DNA of 44,158 bases from a virus. The stretch lies in IMG/VR virus record IMGVR_UViG_3300031998_000219, positions 1 to 44,158 of that record. One strand, written 5' to 3'. The notes beneath the pieces are model-generated. The model ran no database searches. It was given only the letters and a program-made list of their open reading frames with translations, and was not told the origin of the DNA. The translations under genes were made by a program, and so were the position numbers. This document shows positions 31,339-39,706 of the stretch, in pieces (the first letter of the stretch is position 1; each line of letters begins with the position of its first letter).

Positions 31339-32682
31339 TTAAACGGTTCTATATTTGACGCCGTGGTTGTTTTCACACAAACAAATGCGGTCCAAACCTT
31401 GGGTATCAAATTCCAACGCCTTGTATGCCTGTTTAAGTTCATATCCCAAACCGCTTGCACGGCCTTGGGGTGCGCCGTCCAACTCATACAAGATTTGGTC
31501 GCGGGTTGCGTTCACTTGGTTGCGGTTTACCCGTACATCGGGATTCATCGCAAGTGTGCGCAATACGTTGGCCGCTACCTGTTTTTGTATGACGGTGGCA
31601 AACACCATACGTTGGCGTATGATAAAATCGGTTAGGTCACAACCCACGGATATTTCAAGATTCATTCCGTAATTCATTGTGTTGGTGTAACCGATTTCGC
31701 CAATATCGAACATTTCTGGATATTGCGCAAAGTCCAACGGGGCCGCAATACTGAACGGGGATACCTGTAAATACTTGGTTAGTTCTTTCCACGATTCGAT
31801 GGAACCACCCAAACAGGTTTGGCACGGCTCAACGGACCAATCCTTTGATACGTTCAACGCTTGCATACCCAACGGCAATTCGTTTTGGTCGTAAACCAAG
31901 AACCACGCGCCGCCCGCATCGTTTCTGTATGTTTCATCTTGGCCGTCACGTTCGACGCTTGAACCCGGGATGTACGGCAAATATATGGGGTCTTTGCTCA
32001 TATCAAACCATTGGAAACCGCCTTTGGTGTTCGTGAAATCCAATTCAATTACTTTCATTGGGGCCACCTGTGACGAATGGAACAGATACAATTTGACCTT
32101 ACCCGTTGCGCCGACCATCTGCAAACCAATACGTTCAATCTTGGCCGTTACTCCTATCGAACGGACCGGGACGATTTCAAAACCGACCAACTTTCCCGTG
32201 GGGTCTATCGTGGCTTGTAATCGTGCGGCCCCGTCAAAGAACGTGCGGCGTTCCATCAACGATTTGGTTTCGCGGGCCAATTGCTTTTCCTGTATGAATT
32301 GTTGTATGGTTGTGTTGATACCTTGCAACATCAGATTTTCGACGAAATCCGACAACATATTGTATTCGTCCCAATCTTCATTGTTGGCGGCCGGTTCGGA
32401 ACCGGTGTTGGCCTTGGTTGCAATCCATACAATACCGCCGTGTTTTACCTTTTTACCCTTGGTATATGCAACGTCGTTTACCCAATCGGGATACTTGAAC
32501 AAATAATCGTCCGGCATAATGGCCCGGACGTTCGCCAACGTACATAACGGGTGCGCACCTTGGAACGTCAACCCGCTTTCACTTTGGCACAACTTTTCGT
32601 CAATCTGATTTTGTGGGTTGTAATCCTGTTGCCATCCGCATACATTGAGTAATGCGGCTTGTATTTTATCTAATCTTATCAT
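31339..32682 (-). CDS. Virion structural protein with CBM5/12-like insertion, 447 aa
   Basis: The ATG overlaps the HNH stop (ATGA). [33 protein letters not shown] resembles a CBM5/12 carbohydrate-binding motif. Confidence 0.55.
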   Translation of the reverse strand: MIRLDKIQAALLNVCGWQQDYNPQNQIDEKLCQSESGLTFQGAHPLCTLANVRAIMPDDYLFKYPDWVNDVAYTKGKKVKHGGIVWIATKANTGSEPAANNEDWDEYNMLSDFVENLMLQGINTTIQQFIQEKQLARETKSLMERRTFFDGAARLQATIDPTGKLVGFEIVPVRSIGVTAKIERIGLQMVGATGKVKLYLFHSSQVAPMKVIELDFTNTKGGFQWFDMSKDPIYLPYIPGSSVERDGQDETYRNDAGGAWFLVYDQNELPLGMQALNVSKDWSVEPCQTCLGGSIESWKELTKYLQVSPFSIAAPLDFAQYPEMFDIGEIGYTNTMNYGMNLEISVGCDLTDFIIRQRMVFATVIQKQVAANVLRTLAMNPDVRVNRNQVNATRDQILYELDGAPQGRASGLGYELKQAYKALEFDTQGLDRICLCENNHGVKYRTV

Positions 32683-33233
32683 AAGAATTTCCAATAATAC
32701 CCAAATGCTTTGTGAATCAAATATTCTTTCCCTTTTACTTTTCGTGTGTATTTATGAATTGCACCCGAAATATAACGTGGGGTTGTCTTAAACTTTTGCG
32801 CCGCTTCTGTTATGCTACCAAAAGTAAAAACAAAATTTCCGTTTTCGTCTATTGCGCAACATTTCTTATATATATGACGTGTTGCCAATTTATTTCTATT
32901 GCCGTAATTGTGGTTGTATTCGTTTGTACACCATTCCAAATTTTCAACCCTGTTGTCGGATTTGATTTCGTTTTTATGATTGATTTGCGGTAAATTATCC
33001 GGGTTAGGTATAAACGCCATCGCAACCAAACGATGAACCATATAATGTTTGAATTCCGTTTTTCGGGAACCCAAACGAACACGCAAATAACCCTTGCGTA
33101 ATTTTTCCGGGGTCAATAATCTTTCGGGGTAAAAACGTCCGTTTGAATCCACACGCGGCAAACCTTTGATTTTGCCTGTATTACTCACTTGGTACAAGTT
33201 TTCATACCCTTGTATATCTTTCCATATTTCCAT
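32679..33233 (-). CDS. Free-standing HNH homing endonuclease (NUMOD4 + HNH_3 type)
   Basis: [21 protein letters not shown] is NUMOD4-like. [40 protein letters not shown] is an HNH_3 motif. The gene is inserted between the capsid gene terminator and the next structural gene. Confidence 0.85.
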   Translation of the reverse strand: MEIWKDIQGYENLYQVSNTGKIKGLPRVDSNGRFYPERLLTPEKLRKGYLRVRLGSRKTEFKHYMVHRLVAMAFIPNPDNLPQINHKNEIKSDNRVENLEWCTNEYNHNYGNRNKLATRHIYKKCCAIDENGNFVFTFGSITEAAQKFKTTPRYISGAIHKYTRKVKGKEYLIHKAFGYYWKFL

Positions 33234-33239
33234 ACGTCA

Positions 33240-33247
33240 AAGATATA
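33240..33247 (-). promoter_or_regulatory. -7 box TATCTTTG only 6 nt upstream of the HNH start codon
   Basis: Perfect TAnnTTTG. The same TATCTTTG version precedes the other HNH gene and the plus-strand ORF. Confidence 0.4.
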
Positions 33248-33286
33248 ACAATGTTTCCACAAAATCAAACATTACCGCCACTAATT

Positions 33287-33324
33287 GAAAAACGGGGACG
33301 GGGTATTAAATGCCCGTCCCCGCA
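33287..33324 (-). terminator. Strong intrinsic terminator after the major capsid gene
   Basis: 10-bp perfect GC stem CGGGGACGGG/CCCGTCCCCG followed by UUUUUC on the minus strand, 26 nt after the stop at 33350. Confidence 0.8.
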
Positions 33325-33349
33325 AATCAATTATGGATTATGTTTCCGG

Positions 33350-34465
33350 TTAGGAAATCACGGTTGTATTAACGGGGTTGTCCTCGCTATTTACAACCTC
33401 AACGGGTTGTGCGAACGGGTTGGCGGTTCCGGGTGTTGCAACCTCAACTTTGATGATGGGGTTGGCAACGGTTGCGGCGTTGCTATTGTAAGCAACCAAG
33501 AACGCAACATCAACGCTGAATCCGAAATACTCCTTACCGGCGCAAGTCATATCGGCGGATGCGGCCCCGGCGATACCGCTTTGGTCGCCAACGGCGGTGT
33601 AATAGTGTGAACCCACGGGTAAATCAATGTACGGCAAACGTACAACGTCCCATTCGTGGAAATTCATTTTGGTACGGCTCAATGCCTCGCGGTCAACGCG
33701 GGTCAGAACGCCAACGTTACCATCGGCAACGATGTAACCGGTTGCAAATACACCCTGTTCGTTCACGATGTTGTTGGTATAGTGGAATACCTTGTTGTCA
33801 TATTCCAAACGCTTGTTGACAGCATTGTAAATGTCGTGTTCGGCCATCTTGCGTACAAGTGAATCGAAACCCGCGCCGCCAATGACGTGCAACATTTCGG
33901 GATATGCGTTCGCACGCATCATTGCGTTCATATCCGACAAAAATTCCATTCGGGCATTCCACGGAATTTGAACGCTATTTGATGTTACGGTGTAATACAA
34001 AGAATCCTTGAACACCTGTGTTTTGTTGGCTTCCAACGCGGCGATTGCCTGTACATCCATTGCGGTTGCAAGTGCGCGGCAAACCTTTTCCATCTTACGG
34101 GCAAAGTCGTGTTCGTAAGATATTTCGTTGTTGCGGTACAATTGGGGAACCATTGTGAAACCAACGGCCAAAGTTACCCAATTCACGGTGTACAATGCGG
34201 ATGTGTTTTCGTCGTCAGCGATAACGCAAGAACGGACGTTGGCCACGGTTACATCGCCATCGTAATTGATAACGGGGATTTGTACGGTGTTTCCGATACT
34301 CTCAAATGCGCGGTCGCGCAAATTGGGATTGATAATTGAGTTACCGGCGTTGGTTTGCTCAATGAAGAAATCCAATGCGCCATACTCCAATGGGCGGGCC
34401 ATATTACGGTCAAATTCCGGGTTTTCAACTCGCCAATTCTGTAATCTTGTTGCAATAAGTGACAT
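33350..34465 (-). CDS. Major capsid protein, 371 aa
   Basis: Directly follows the scaffold-like gene, has a typical size, and is followed by the strongest terminator in the genome. Its leader carries the conserved late hairpin. Confidence 0.7.
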   Translation of the reverse strand: MSLIATRLQNWRVENPEFDRNMARPLEYGALDFFIEQTNAGNSIINPNLRDRAFESIGNTVQIPVINYDGDVTVANVRSCVIADDENTSALYTVNWVTLAVGFTMVPQLYRNNEISYEHDFARKMEKVCRALATAMDVQAIAALEANKTQVFKDSLYYTVTSNSVQIPWNARMEFLSDMNAMMRANAYPEMLHVIGGAGFDSLVRKMAEHDIYNAVNKRLEYDNKVFHYTNNIVNEQGVFATGYIVADGNVGVLTRVDREALSRTKMNFHEWDVVRLPYIDLPVGSHYYTAVGDQSGIAGAASADMTCAGKEYFGFSVDVAFLVAYNSNAATVANPIIKVEVATPGTANPFAQPVEVVNSEDNPVNTTVIS

Positions 34466-34497
34466 AATTGTTTGTGTTTAAGTTGTTTGTTATTTGC

Positions 34498-34518
34498 CCG
34501 GATTGACCCTTTACCCGG
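34498..34518 (-). promoter_or_regulatory. Late-leader hairpin copy 1 (stem CCGGG/UCCGG, loop UAAAGGGUCAA)
   Basis: Lies exactly 32 nt upstream of the capsid ATG. The identical 11-nt loop and the same spacing recur at 38858-38878. Confidence 0.55.
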
Positions 34519-34533
34519 TCGTTGTTTGTTCTC

Positions 34534-35487
34534 TTAACGAATCGGCAATGCCTTTATAACATCGCGGTTGTCTGACCACGCCTTTTGCATCGCATCTTCG
34601 AATTCTTTTGAACCGTTGATTTTGCCTTGCGCCAACAATTGCTTTGCAATGATTTCGTGTGCTTCATCTTGGGTTCGTGCGCCGGAAATATCCACGGTTC
34701 CGGAACCGCCGCCGTTGCCGCCCTGTCCGCCTTGGGAACCCGCGCCCGTCTGTTGGCGGCCGGTATCCAAAACGTCCATTGCCTTTAATTCGCGTTCGAC
34801 CAATTCGGCGGCCGTGTAATAACGCAAATTGTTTTCCTTGTTACGCATCGGCGAACCGTTTTCCATAAATGCCAACATCTTTCCGCCGTTGCCATCATCA
34901 ATGTATTCGGGGTTCATCGCCTTTACCTTTTCAATGGCTTGGTTCATAAGAACAGACGTTACGGATGCGGGCAAATCGGCCTTAAACTTAATGTTGGCGG
35001 TTGCCTTGGCAAATTCGCCGTCAAGTTTCAAACCGAATATTTGTTTTTGGTGTTCGCTTTCGGAATTATCGTACTTGGCTTTCAAGTCGGTAAATTCCTT
35101 GGTTACGTTGGCCAAATCCGCCTTTGTCTGTTCCAATTGGCGTTTGGTTTCTGCATCCGCGCCACCCTTGGCGATTACTGATTCCAAACGTGTCTTTTCC
35201 TTTGTCAATTCGGAAACTTGGTTTTGTAGTTCGGCGGCGTTGCCCGCTTGCGTTTTGATTTCGCCAATAACCCTTTTGGCGTAATCGAATGTCTTTTCGG
35301 TTCCGTTCTTGCTGATTCCGGATGCGGCCAAAATGTCTGCATCCAAACCACCGTAAATTTCCCCGGTTTTCTTTGCGATTACCGTATTTTCGTCATTGGT
35401 TGACATTTCGACAATCGCGTTAATCTGTTCGTCTGAAAGTCCCGCGGTTGCGGCGTTGGCTTTCAATAAATCGGTTGTTAGTGCCAT
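34534..35487 (-). CDS. Scaffolding protein, 317 aa
   Basis: Alanine- and charge-rich coiled coil with a Gly-rich linker (GAGSQGGQGGNGGGSG), located immediately upstream of the capsid gene. Confidence 0.65.
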   Translation of the reverse strand: MALTTDLLKANAATAGLSDEQINAIVEMSTNDENTVIAKKTGEIYGGLDADILAASGISKNGTEKTFDYAKRVIGEIKTQAGNAAELQNQVSELTKEKTRLESVIAKGGADAETKRQLEQTKADLANVTKEFTDLKAKYDNSESEHQKQIFGLKLDGEFAKATANIKFKADLPASVTSVLMNQAIEKVKAMNPEYIDDGNGGKMLAFMENGSPMRNKENNLRYYTAAELVERELKAMDVLDTGRQQTGAGSQGGQGGNGGGSGTVDISGARTQDEAHEIIAKQLLAQGKINGSKEFEDAMQKAWSDNRDVIKALPIR

Positions 35488-35547
35488 AATTCTTTCCCTT
35501 TGAATGTTTGGTTAATGTCTTTTCGTCATTATCGCCCAATCAGTTTT

Positions 35548-35805
35548 TTACGCTGATATTGTTTCTTCCACGGTCACGGTCTGCAATGATGCACCACCGA
35601 ATACGAATGTGTATGTGCGGGTTGTGCTTACATCGGCAAACGATGCGGAAATACATTTTGATACACCGGCGGCCGAACGTTGTACAACGTCAAGAATGGT
35701 TCCGCCTTTGAAGCAATCAACCAACTTTTTCTTTTGGTCGTCTGTGAACGTACCCAATGTGGTTACGTCAATAAACAGATTGTCCTGTTGTGCGATTTGT
35801 GACAT
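35548..35805 (-). CDS. Hypothetical head-module protein, 85 aa
   Basis: Intact ORF between the portal and scaffold genes. Confidence 0.5.
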   Translation of the reverse strand: MSQIAQQDNLFIDVTTLGTFTDDQKKKLVDCFKGGTILDVVQRSAAGVSKCISASFADVSTTRTYTFVFGGASLQTVTVEETISA

Positions 35806-35828
35806 AAATTTGTTGTTTTAATTGTTAG

Positions 35829-36248
35829 TTACTTGGTTTCATCTTTCGGGGGTCGCCCGGGTTTGCCACCCTCTTTTTTCGCCATTTCCTTTGCAACGGC
35901 GGCGGCAACGGCCGCATCGAACTTTTCTTGTTCGGCCTTGGCCTTGGCTTCTGCCTGTTCCTTTGCAAGTTTGGCGGCGTTCGCCTGTTGTTCCTTTATC
36001 CATTGGTTCGGGTCGTGCAAAATGGTTATGGTGTAACCTTGCTTTTTCAGAATCGGCAACACCAACGATTCGAACGTTTTTTTACCGAACTTTTGAACGC
36101 GGGGTTTTGAAAGTTTCTTGCCGTTGTTTTGGTCGTATTTCACAACCTCAATCACGCAATGGTAACTTTTTTCTTCGCCCTTTGGAACAATGTAATTTTC
36201 CGGGGTCAATTTCTCAATTGGCAAATCCCTACCATCTTTTGTTATCAT
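35829..36248 (-). CDS. Hypothetical protein with Ala/Lys/Glu-rich basic tail, 139 aa
   Basis: Intact ORF. The C-terminus is AKLAKEQAEAKAKAEQEKFDAAVAAAVAKEMAKKEGGKPGRPPKDETK. Confidence 0.5.
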   Translation of the reverse strand: MITKDGRDLPIEKLTPENYIVPKGEEKSYHCVIEVVKYDQNNGKKLSKPRVQKFGKKTFESLVLPILKKQGYTITILHDPNQWIKEQQANAAKLAKEQAEAKAKAEQEKFDAAVAAAVAKEMAKKEGGKPGRPPKDETK

Positions 36249-36269
36249 ACCTGTTTCGATATTATTGTG

Positions 36270-38012
36270 TTAAACATTGGCGGGTTCCGGTTTCTGTTCG
36301 TCCGCATACTTGCGGAATTCCGCCGTTATCTTCTCAATCTTTGTTTGGTACGGTATTTCAACGCCGAAATCCAAAATATTCGTGTTTTCGCGTTCGAACC
36401 GACGCACAAAATTAGGAAAGTTTAATTTAATGCGCAAATCCTGTTCGGAAACAAGATTTTTGGCGAATAGGTCCGTAACCTCGGTGCGTGATAAATGCCG
36501 GTATGGTTCAAGTTCCGCCAATATCAGCATACGCCGCATTTGCATTGGGTCGTTCCTGTATTCCGTTTCCAATATTTGGTTTTGCATCATATCCAATTCG
36601 GATTCAGACGCGCCGGATTCCTTGGCGGCCTTGTAACGCTTGCGCAATTCATCCGGGGAATACAAGAAAAAGTCCGTGCCGTAATTGATAGTTGCCGATA
36701 TGAAATAACGGCCGTAACGCAAACGGCAAACGGTTTCGTCAACCCATTTTTGGGCGGCTTCAAATCCCTTTTTAACGCGGGTAAGAACGGTTGTTACGTT
36801 TTCGAAATTGGCTTGTACCTGTTGTTCGTTGAACGCATCGCGGTTCGTTATGATTTCTTCTTGACCGACAACGGCCGTTATGATTTCTTCGCGTAACCTC
36901 TTTTGTTCATCAACATTGTATTGCAACGAATCGCGGTCCACTTTCAGCAATTGAACCGGGTTCCGCAAATCGGGTTGGTTTTCCTGTTCGTTCGGTACGG
37001 GTATTTCAACGAATGAACCCGGGCCGATGATACGTTTGTTTCCGCATTTGGGGCAACGCATCAGCAAACCGGCCATATCGAATTTGTATCGGCCTTGTTT
37101 GTCGCGCAAAAAACCACCGTCGCAATAATCGCCGTTTTCGGCATTACTGAAATCGCAACTTTGTTCATATCCGGATAAAATGGGATATGCACCCATCAAA
37201 TCCAACGTGCGTTTACTGATATGGTAGAATTCGAACCAATCCAAAGATTCAAGTTCGGCCGATAACGGGGACGCCTTTACATCCGGTTCGTCCAATGATA
37301 TGGGTTCGTTCCAAAAGAAACGCGCCGGGCAATAACCCAAATCGTGCGGTGCTTCTATCTTGGGGAATCCATCAATGGTTCCGGTATGTTTCGAATCATC
37401 CCAAACCCTATATGTTTCATCGTCCAACACAACGATTTCGTCACGGCGGCGGAATATGATATAATCCATTTGGCCCGTTGTGGGGTCCGCCTTGTATGTA
37501 ATTACGTCGTCTATCGGCAACCAATAGAAATACGGTTCGGGCAATTCGGTTTTCTGTTCCCTCGGTACGTCAACGATTAAAACGGAATTGATTTCCGATT
37601 TGAAGAATTCCCAACCCTTGGTTGACCAAACGTTGGGTTCATCCAATTTGGTTAATCTGTATTGTTCCCAATCGTCGCGTTGGGCCGAATTGATGAATTG
37701 GTAATTGAACGCCGGGTTGCGGCCGTCAAAAATACGGCTCAATTTGTCAAAACATATTTCCGTTATCTCGTTGGTTTTAACGGGAAAACGGAAAAGTGTT
37801 TTGAACAATACGAATTTATCGTGGGGCAAGATATTTTCAACCATTGCCAAAAATTGGGTCAATGGCAAAGAAATATACGGGGCATTGAAAGACGTAACGC
37901 GCTTGACCGTGTGAAATTTGATGCGCATTTGATGCATCCTTGCACGGCTCAAAACGGCGGAACGTTTATTTTCCGCTATTATCTTTTTTATCTGTCCTAC
38001 ATCGTAACCCAT
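36270..38012 (-). CDS. Portal protein, 580 aa
   Basis: Size and position (the large ORF after TerL in the head module). The start is uncertain: 38012 overlaps the upstream ORF by 47 nt, and an alternative ATG lies at 37940. Confidence 0.6.
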   Translation of the reverse strand: MGYDVGQIKKIIAENKRSAVLSRARMHQMRIKFHTVKRVTSFNAPYISLPLTQFLAMVENILPHDKFVLFKTLFRFPVKTNEITEICFDKLSRIFDGRNPAFNYQFINSAQRDDWEQYRLTKLDEPNVWSTKGWEFFKSEINSVLIVDVPREQKTELPEPYFYWLPIDDVITYKADPTTGQMDYIIFRRRDEIVVLDDETYRVWDDSKHTGTIDGFPKIEAPHDLGYCPARFFWNEPISLDEPDVKASPLSAELESLDWFEFYHISKRTLDLMGAYPILSGYEQSCDFSNAENGDYCDGGFLRDKQGRYKFDMAGLLMRCPKCGNKRIIGPGSFVEIPVPNEQENQPDLRNPVQLLKVDRDSLQYNVDEQKRLREEIITAVVGQEEIITNRDAFNEQQVQANFENVTTVLTRVKKGFEAAQKWVDETVCRLRYGRYFISATINYGTDFFLYSPDELRKRYKAAKESGASESELDMMQNQILETEYRNDPMQMRRMLILAELEPYRHLSRTEVTDLFAKNLVSEQDLRIKLNFPNFVRRFERENTNILDFGVEIPYQTKIEKITAEFRKYADEQKPEPANV

Positions 38013-38157
38013 TGTTTACAAACTCAAATTTTGAATCCTTTGGTAATTTCCATCCGCCATTACGCGGCATTCTCAATATCCTTTCCGCGTGGGAAAATTC
38101 GAATGATTCTGTAACGCCGTTTGCAACCAACGTTACATTGGTTGTTTTTGCGTTCAT
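37966..38157 (-). CDS. Hypothetical protein, 63 aa
   Basis: ATG at 38157 lies 2 nt after the upstream TGA (TGATTATGA). Confidence 0.45.
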   Translation of the reverse strand: MNAKTTNVTLVANGVTESFEFSHAERILRMPRNGGWKLPKDSKFEFVNNGLRCRTDKKDNSGK

Positions 38158-38159
38158 AA

Positions 38160-38825
38160 TCAAGCGGGGATAAGGTCGGTAAGCGGGTTAAAGTCTGTGG
38201 GTTTGATGATTTCCAAATCGTCCGAATAGTTATCGGGATACATCCAAGAAATGGCGTTGGAATCCTTTGCGTCAAAGTTTCCGTGAATCTTGGAACCGAT
38301 GAACAACGAACGTATGGGAATGGGATAATATGTGTTGGGTTCTGTTTGGTCCTGTATGGCTTCGATGTTGCCGTTTTCGTCAAACAGGTAAACACCCAAG
38401 TTACCGGCATTGGCTTCGCATTCCAATTCTTTCATAACCTTTATGACAGATTGGGGAATGGCACGCAATACGCCGTCAAATTGAACGGGGTTGCCGCCCA
38501 ATACTTCTGCAATACCGCCCAAATCATCGTTGCCACCACTTGAACGGCGTGCGTCGCCGCCACTATCGGCCGGGGCATTGATGTAAGGAGAAATAACGAT
38601 TTTTGAACCGTTGGTTGCGGCCATCTTTGCGGTCCAACTTGCCAACAAATTGATTGTCGGGGTTGTGGGGGTTCCGCTTGCGGCGGCAAAACTATTGCGT
38701 GTGCCGTCGGCTTGACGCAATCTTTGGAACGCTACTTTTTGAATTTGGCCGAAATTTTCCGGGCATTGCACGTTGGGAATGGTGCTGATTGCGGATGCGG
38801 CCGGGCATTGACATACTAAACTCAT
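38160..38825 (-). CDS. Probable abundant virion protein, 221 aa (major tail protein candidate)
   Basis: It has its own -7 box and the same leader hairpin and 32-nt spacing as the capsid gene. No motif recognised, so the role is inferred. Confidence 0.5.
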   Translation of the reverse strand: MSLVCQCPAASAISTIPNVQCPENFGQIQKVAFQRLRQADGTRNSFAAASGTPTTPTINLLASWTAKMAATNGSKIVISPYINAPADSGGDARRSSGGNDDLGGIAEVLGGNPVQFDGVLRAIPQSVIKVMKELECEANAGNLGVYLFDENGNIEAIQDQTEPNTYYPIPIRSLFIGSKIHGNFDAKDSNAISWMYPDNYSDDLEIIKPTDFNPLTDLIPA

Positions 38826-38857
38826 AATTCGAATTTTTTAGTTAAACAATATGGTTT

Positions 38858-38878
38858 CGCGGTTGACCCTTTACCGCA
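38858..38878 (-). promoter_or_regulatory. Late-leader hairpin copy 2 (stem UGCGG/CCGCG, loop UAAAGGGUCAA)
   Basis: Lies exactly 32 nt upstream of the ATG at 38825. The stem covaries relative to copy 1 while the loop is identical. Confidence 0.55.
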
Positions 38879-38886
38879 TTACGCCA

Positions 38887-38894
38887 CAAATGTA
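38887..38894 (-). promoter_or_regulatory. -7 box TACATTTG upstream of the 221-aa gene
   Basis: Perfect TAnnTTTG, the same TACATTTG version as the late promoter at 152-159. The hairpin would then sit at the 5' end of the transcript. Confidence 0.5.
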
Positions 38895-38994
38895 GTTATT
38901 TTTTAGAAATTTCGCACACAATCAATTATTTTTCGTTTTGTGTGTAATTTATCATCCGGCAAAAGATATGCGATTGTGGGGCAATTCTCGCGGT

Positions 38995-39645
38995 TTAGTC
39001 ATTTTTCTTTCCTCTCTGTTTATATGAATAAACAATCGCACATCTTCGACAACAAAACAAACGGTCCGGGGCAGACGGTTTGGGTTTTCCAAATTTAAAA
39101 GGTTTCCCACATTCTTTACATATTCCATCATATTGCAATATTTTGGTTCTGTATTTTGCGCCGCAATTATCAGAACAAAACATTGCGTCGTGATGGGATG
39201 CAAGAAATGTTTTGCCACATTGTTTACAAATACATTCAAACCGTGGGGAATAATCCATTTGTTGCGCGTGTTTACTATGCCACTCCCGGCCATCCTTACT
39301 TTTGTGCCATTCTTTTGCCTTTTCGGACGCTTTGAGCAAATCGGCCTTATTCTTTCGCCTGTATTCTTCATTATTAAAACTTTTTTTGGCGTGTTTGCTT
39401 AAATGTTCCGATATTGGCATACATTCCAAATTGGATATATCATTATTGAACGTGTTACCGTCTTTGTGGTGTATGCAATAACCTTTGGGAACTTTACGTT
39501 TATTGTGATACTCCCATATAGCAACGTGTAAACCTTTTGCGTGTTTACGCCCGGCGTTTGTATTTGATTGGCTCAAATAGTATTTACCCGCGCCCATCAA
39601 TTTGTAATCAACGCCATTAAATCTAATTATTTGCGGTATTTCCAT
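38995..39645 (-). CDS. Free-standing HNH endonuclease with C-terminal zinc ribbons, 216 aa
   Basis: LHVAIWEYHNKRKVPKGYCIHHKDGNTFNNDISNLECMPISEHLSKH is an HNH_3-type motif. CKQCGK...CSDNCG and CKECGK...CCRRC are zinc-ribbon pairs. Start placed at MEIPQIIRF, downstream of its own -7 box. Confidence 0.8.
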   Translation of the reverse strand: MEIPQIIRFNGVDYKLMGAGKYYLSQSNTNAGRKHAKGLHVAIWEYHNKRKVPKGYCIHHKDGNTFNNDISNLECMPISEHLSKHAKKSFNNEEYRRKNKADLLKASEKAKEWHKSKDGREWHSKHAQQMDYSPRFECICKQCGKTFLASHHDAMFCSDNCGAKYRTKILQYDGICKECGKPFKFGKPKPSAPDRLFCCRRCAIVYSYKQRGKKND

Positions 39646-39662
39646 ATTATTATTTGTTTTTA

Positions 39663-39670
39663 CAAAGATA
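39663..39670 (-). promoter_or_regulatory. -7 box TATCTTTG upstream of the HNH gene
   Basis: Perfect TAnnTTTG 17 nt upstream of the ATG at 39645, in the 61-nt gap after TerL. Confidence 0.45.
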
Positions 39671-39706
39671 CAAATAAATTGTGAAATGCCGTTCAATGTA
39701 TCCGAT

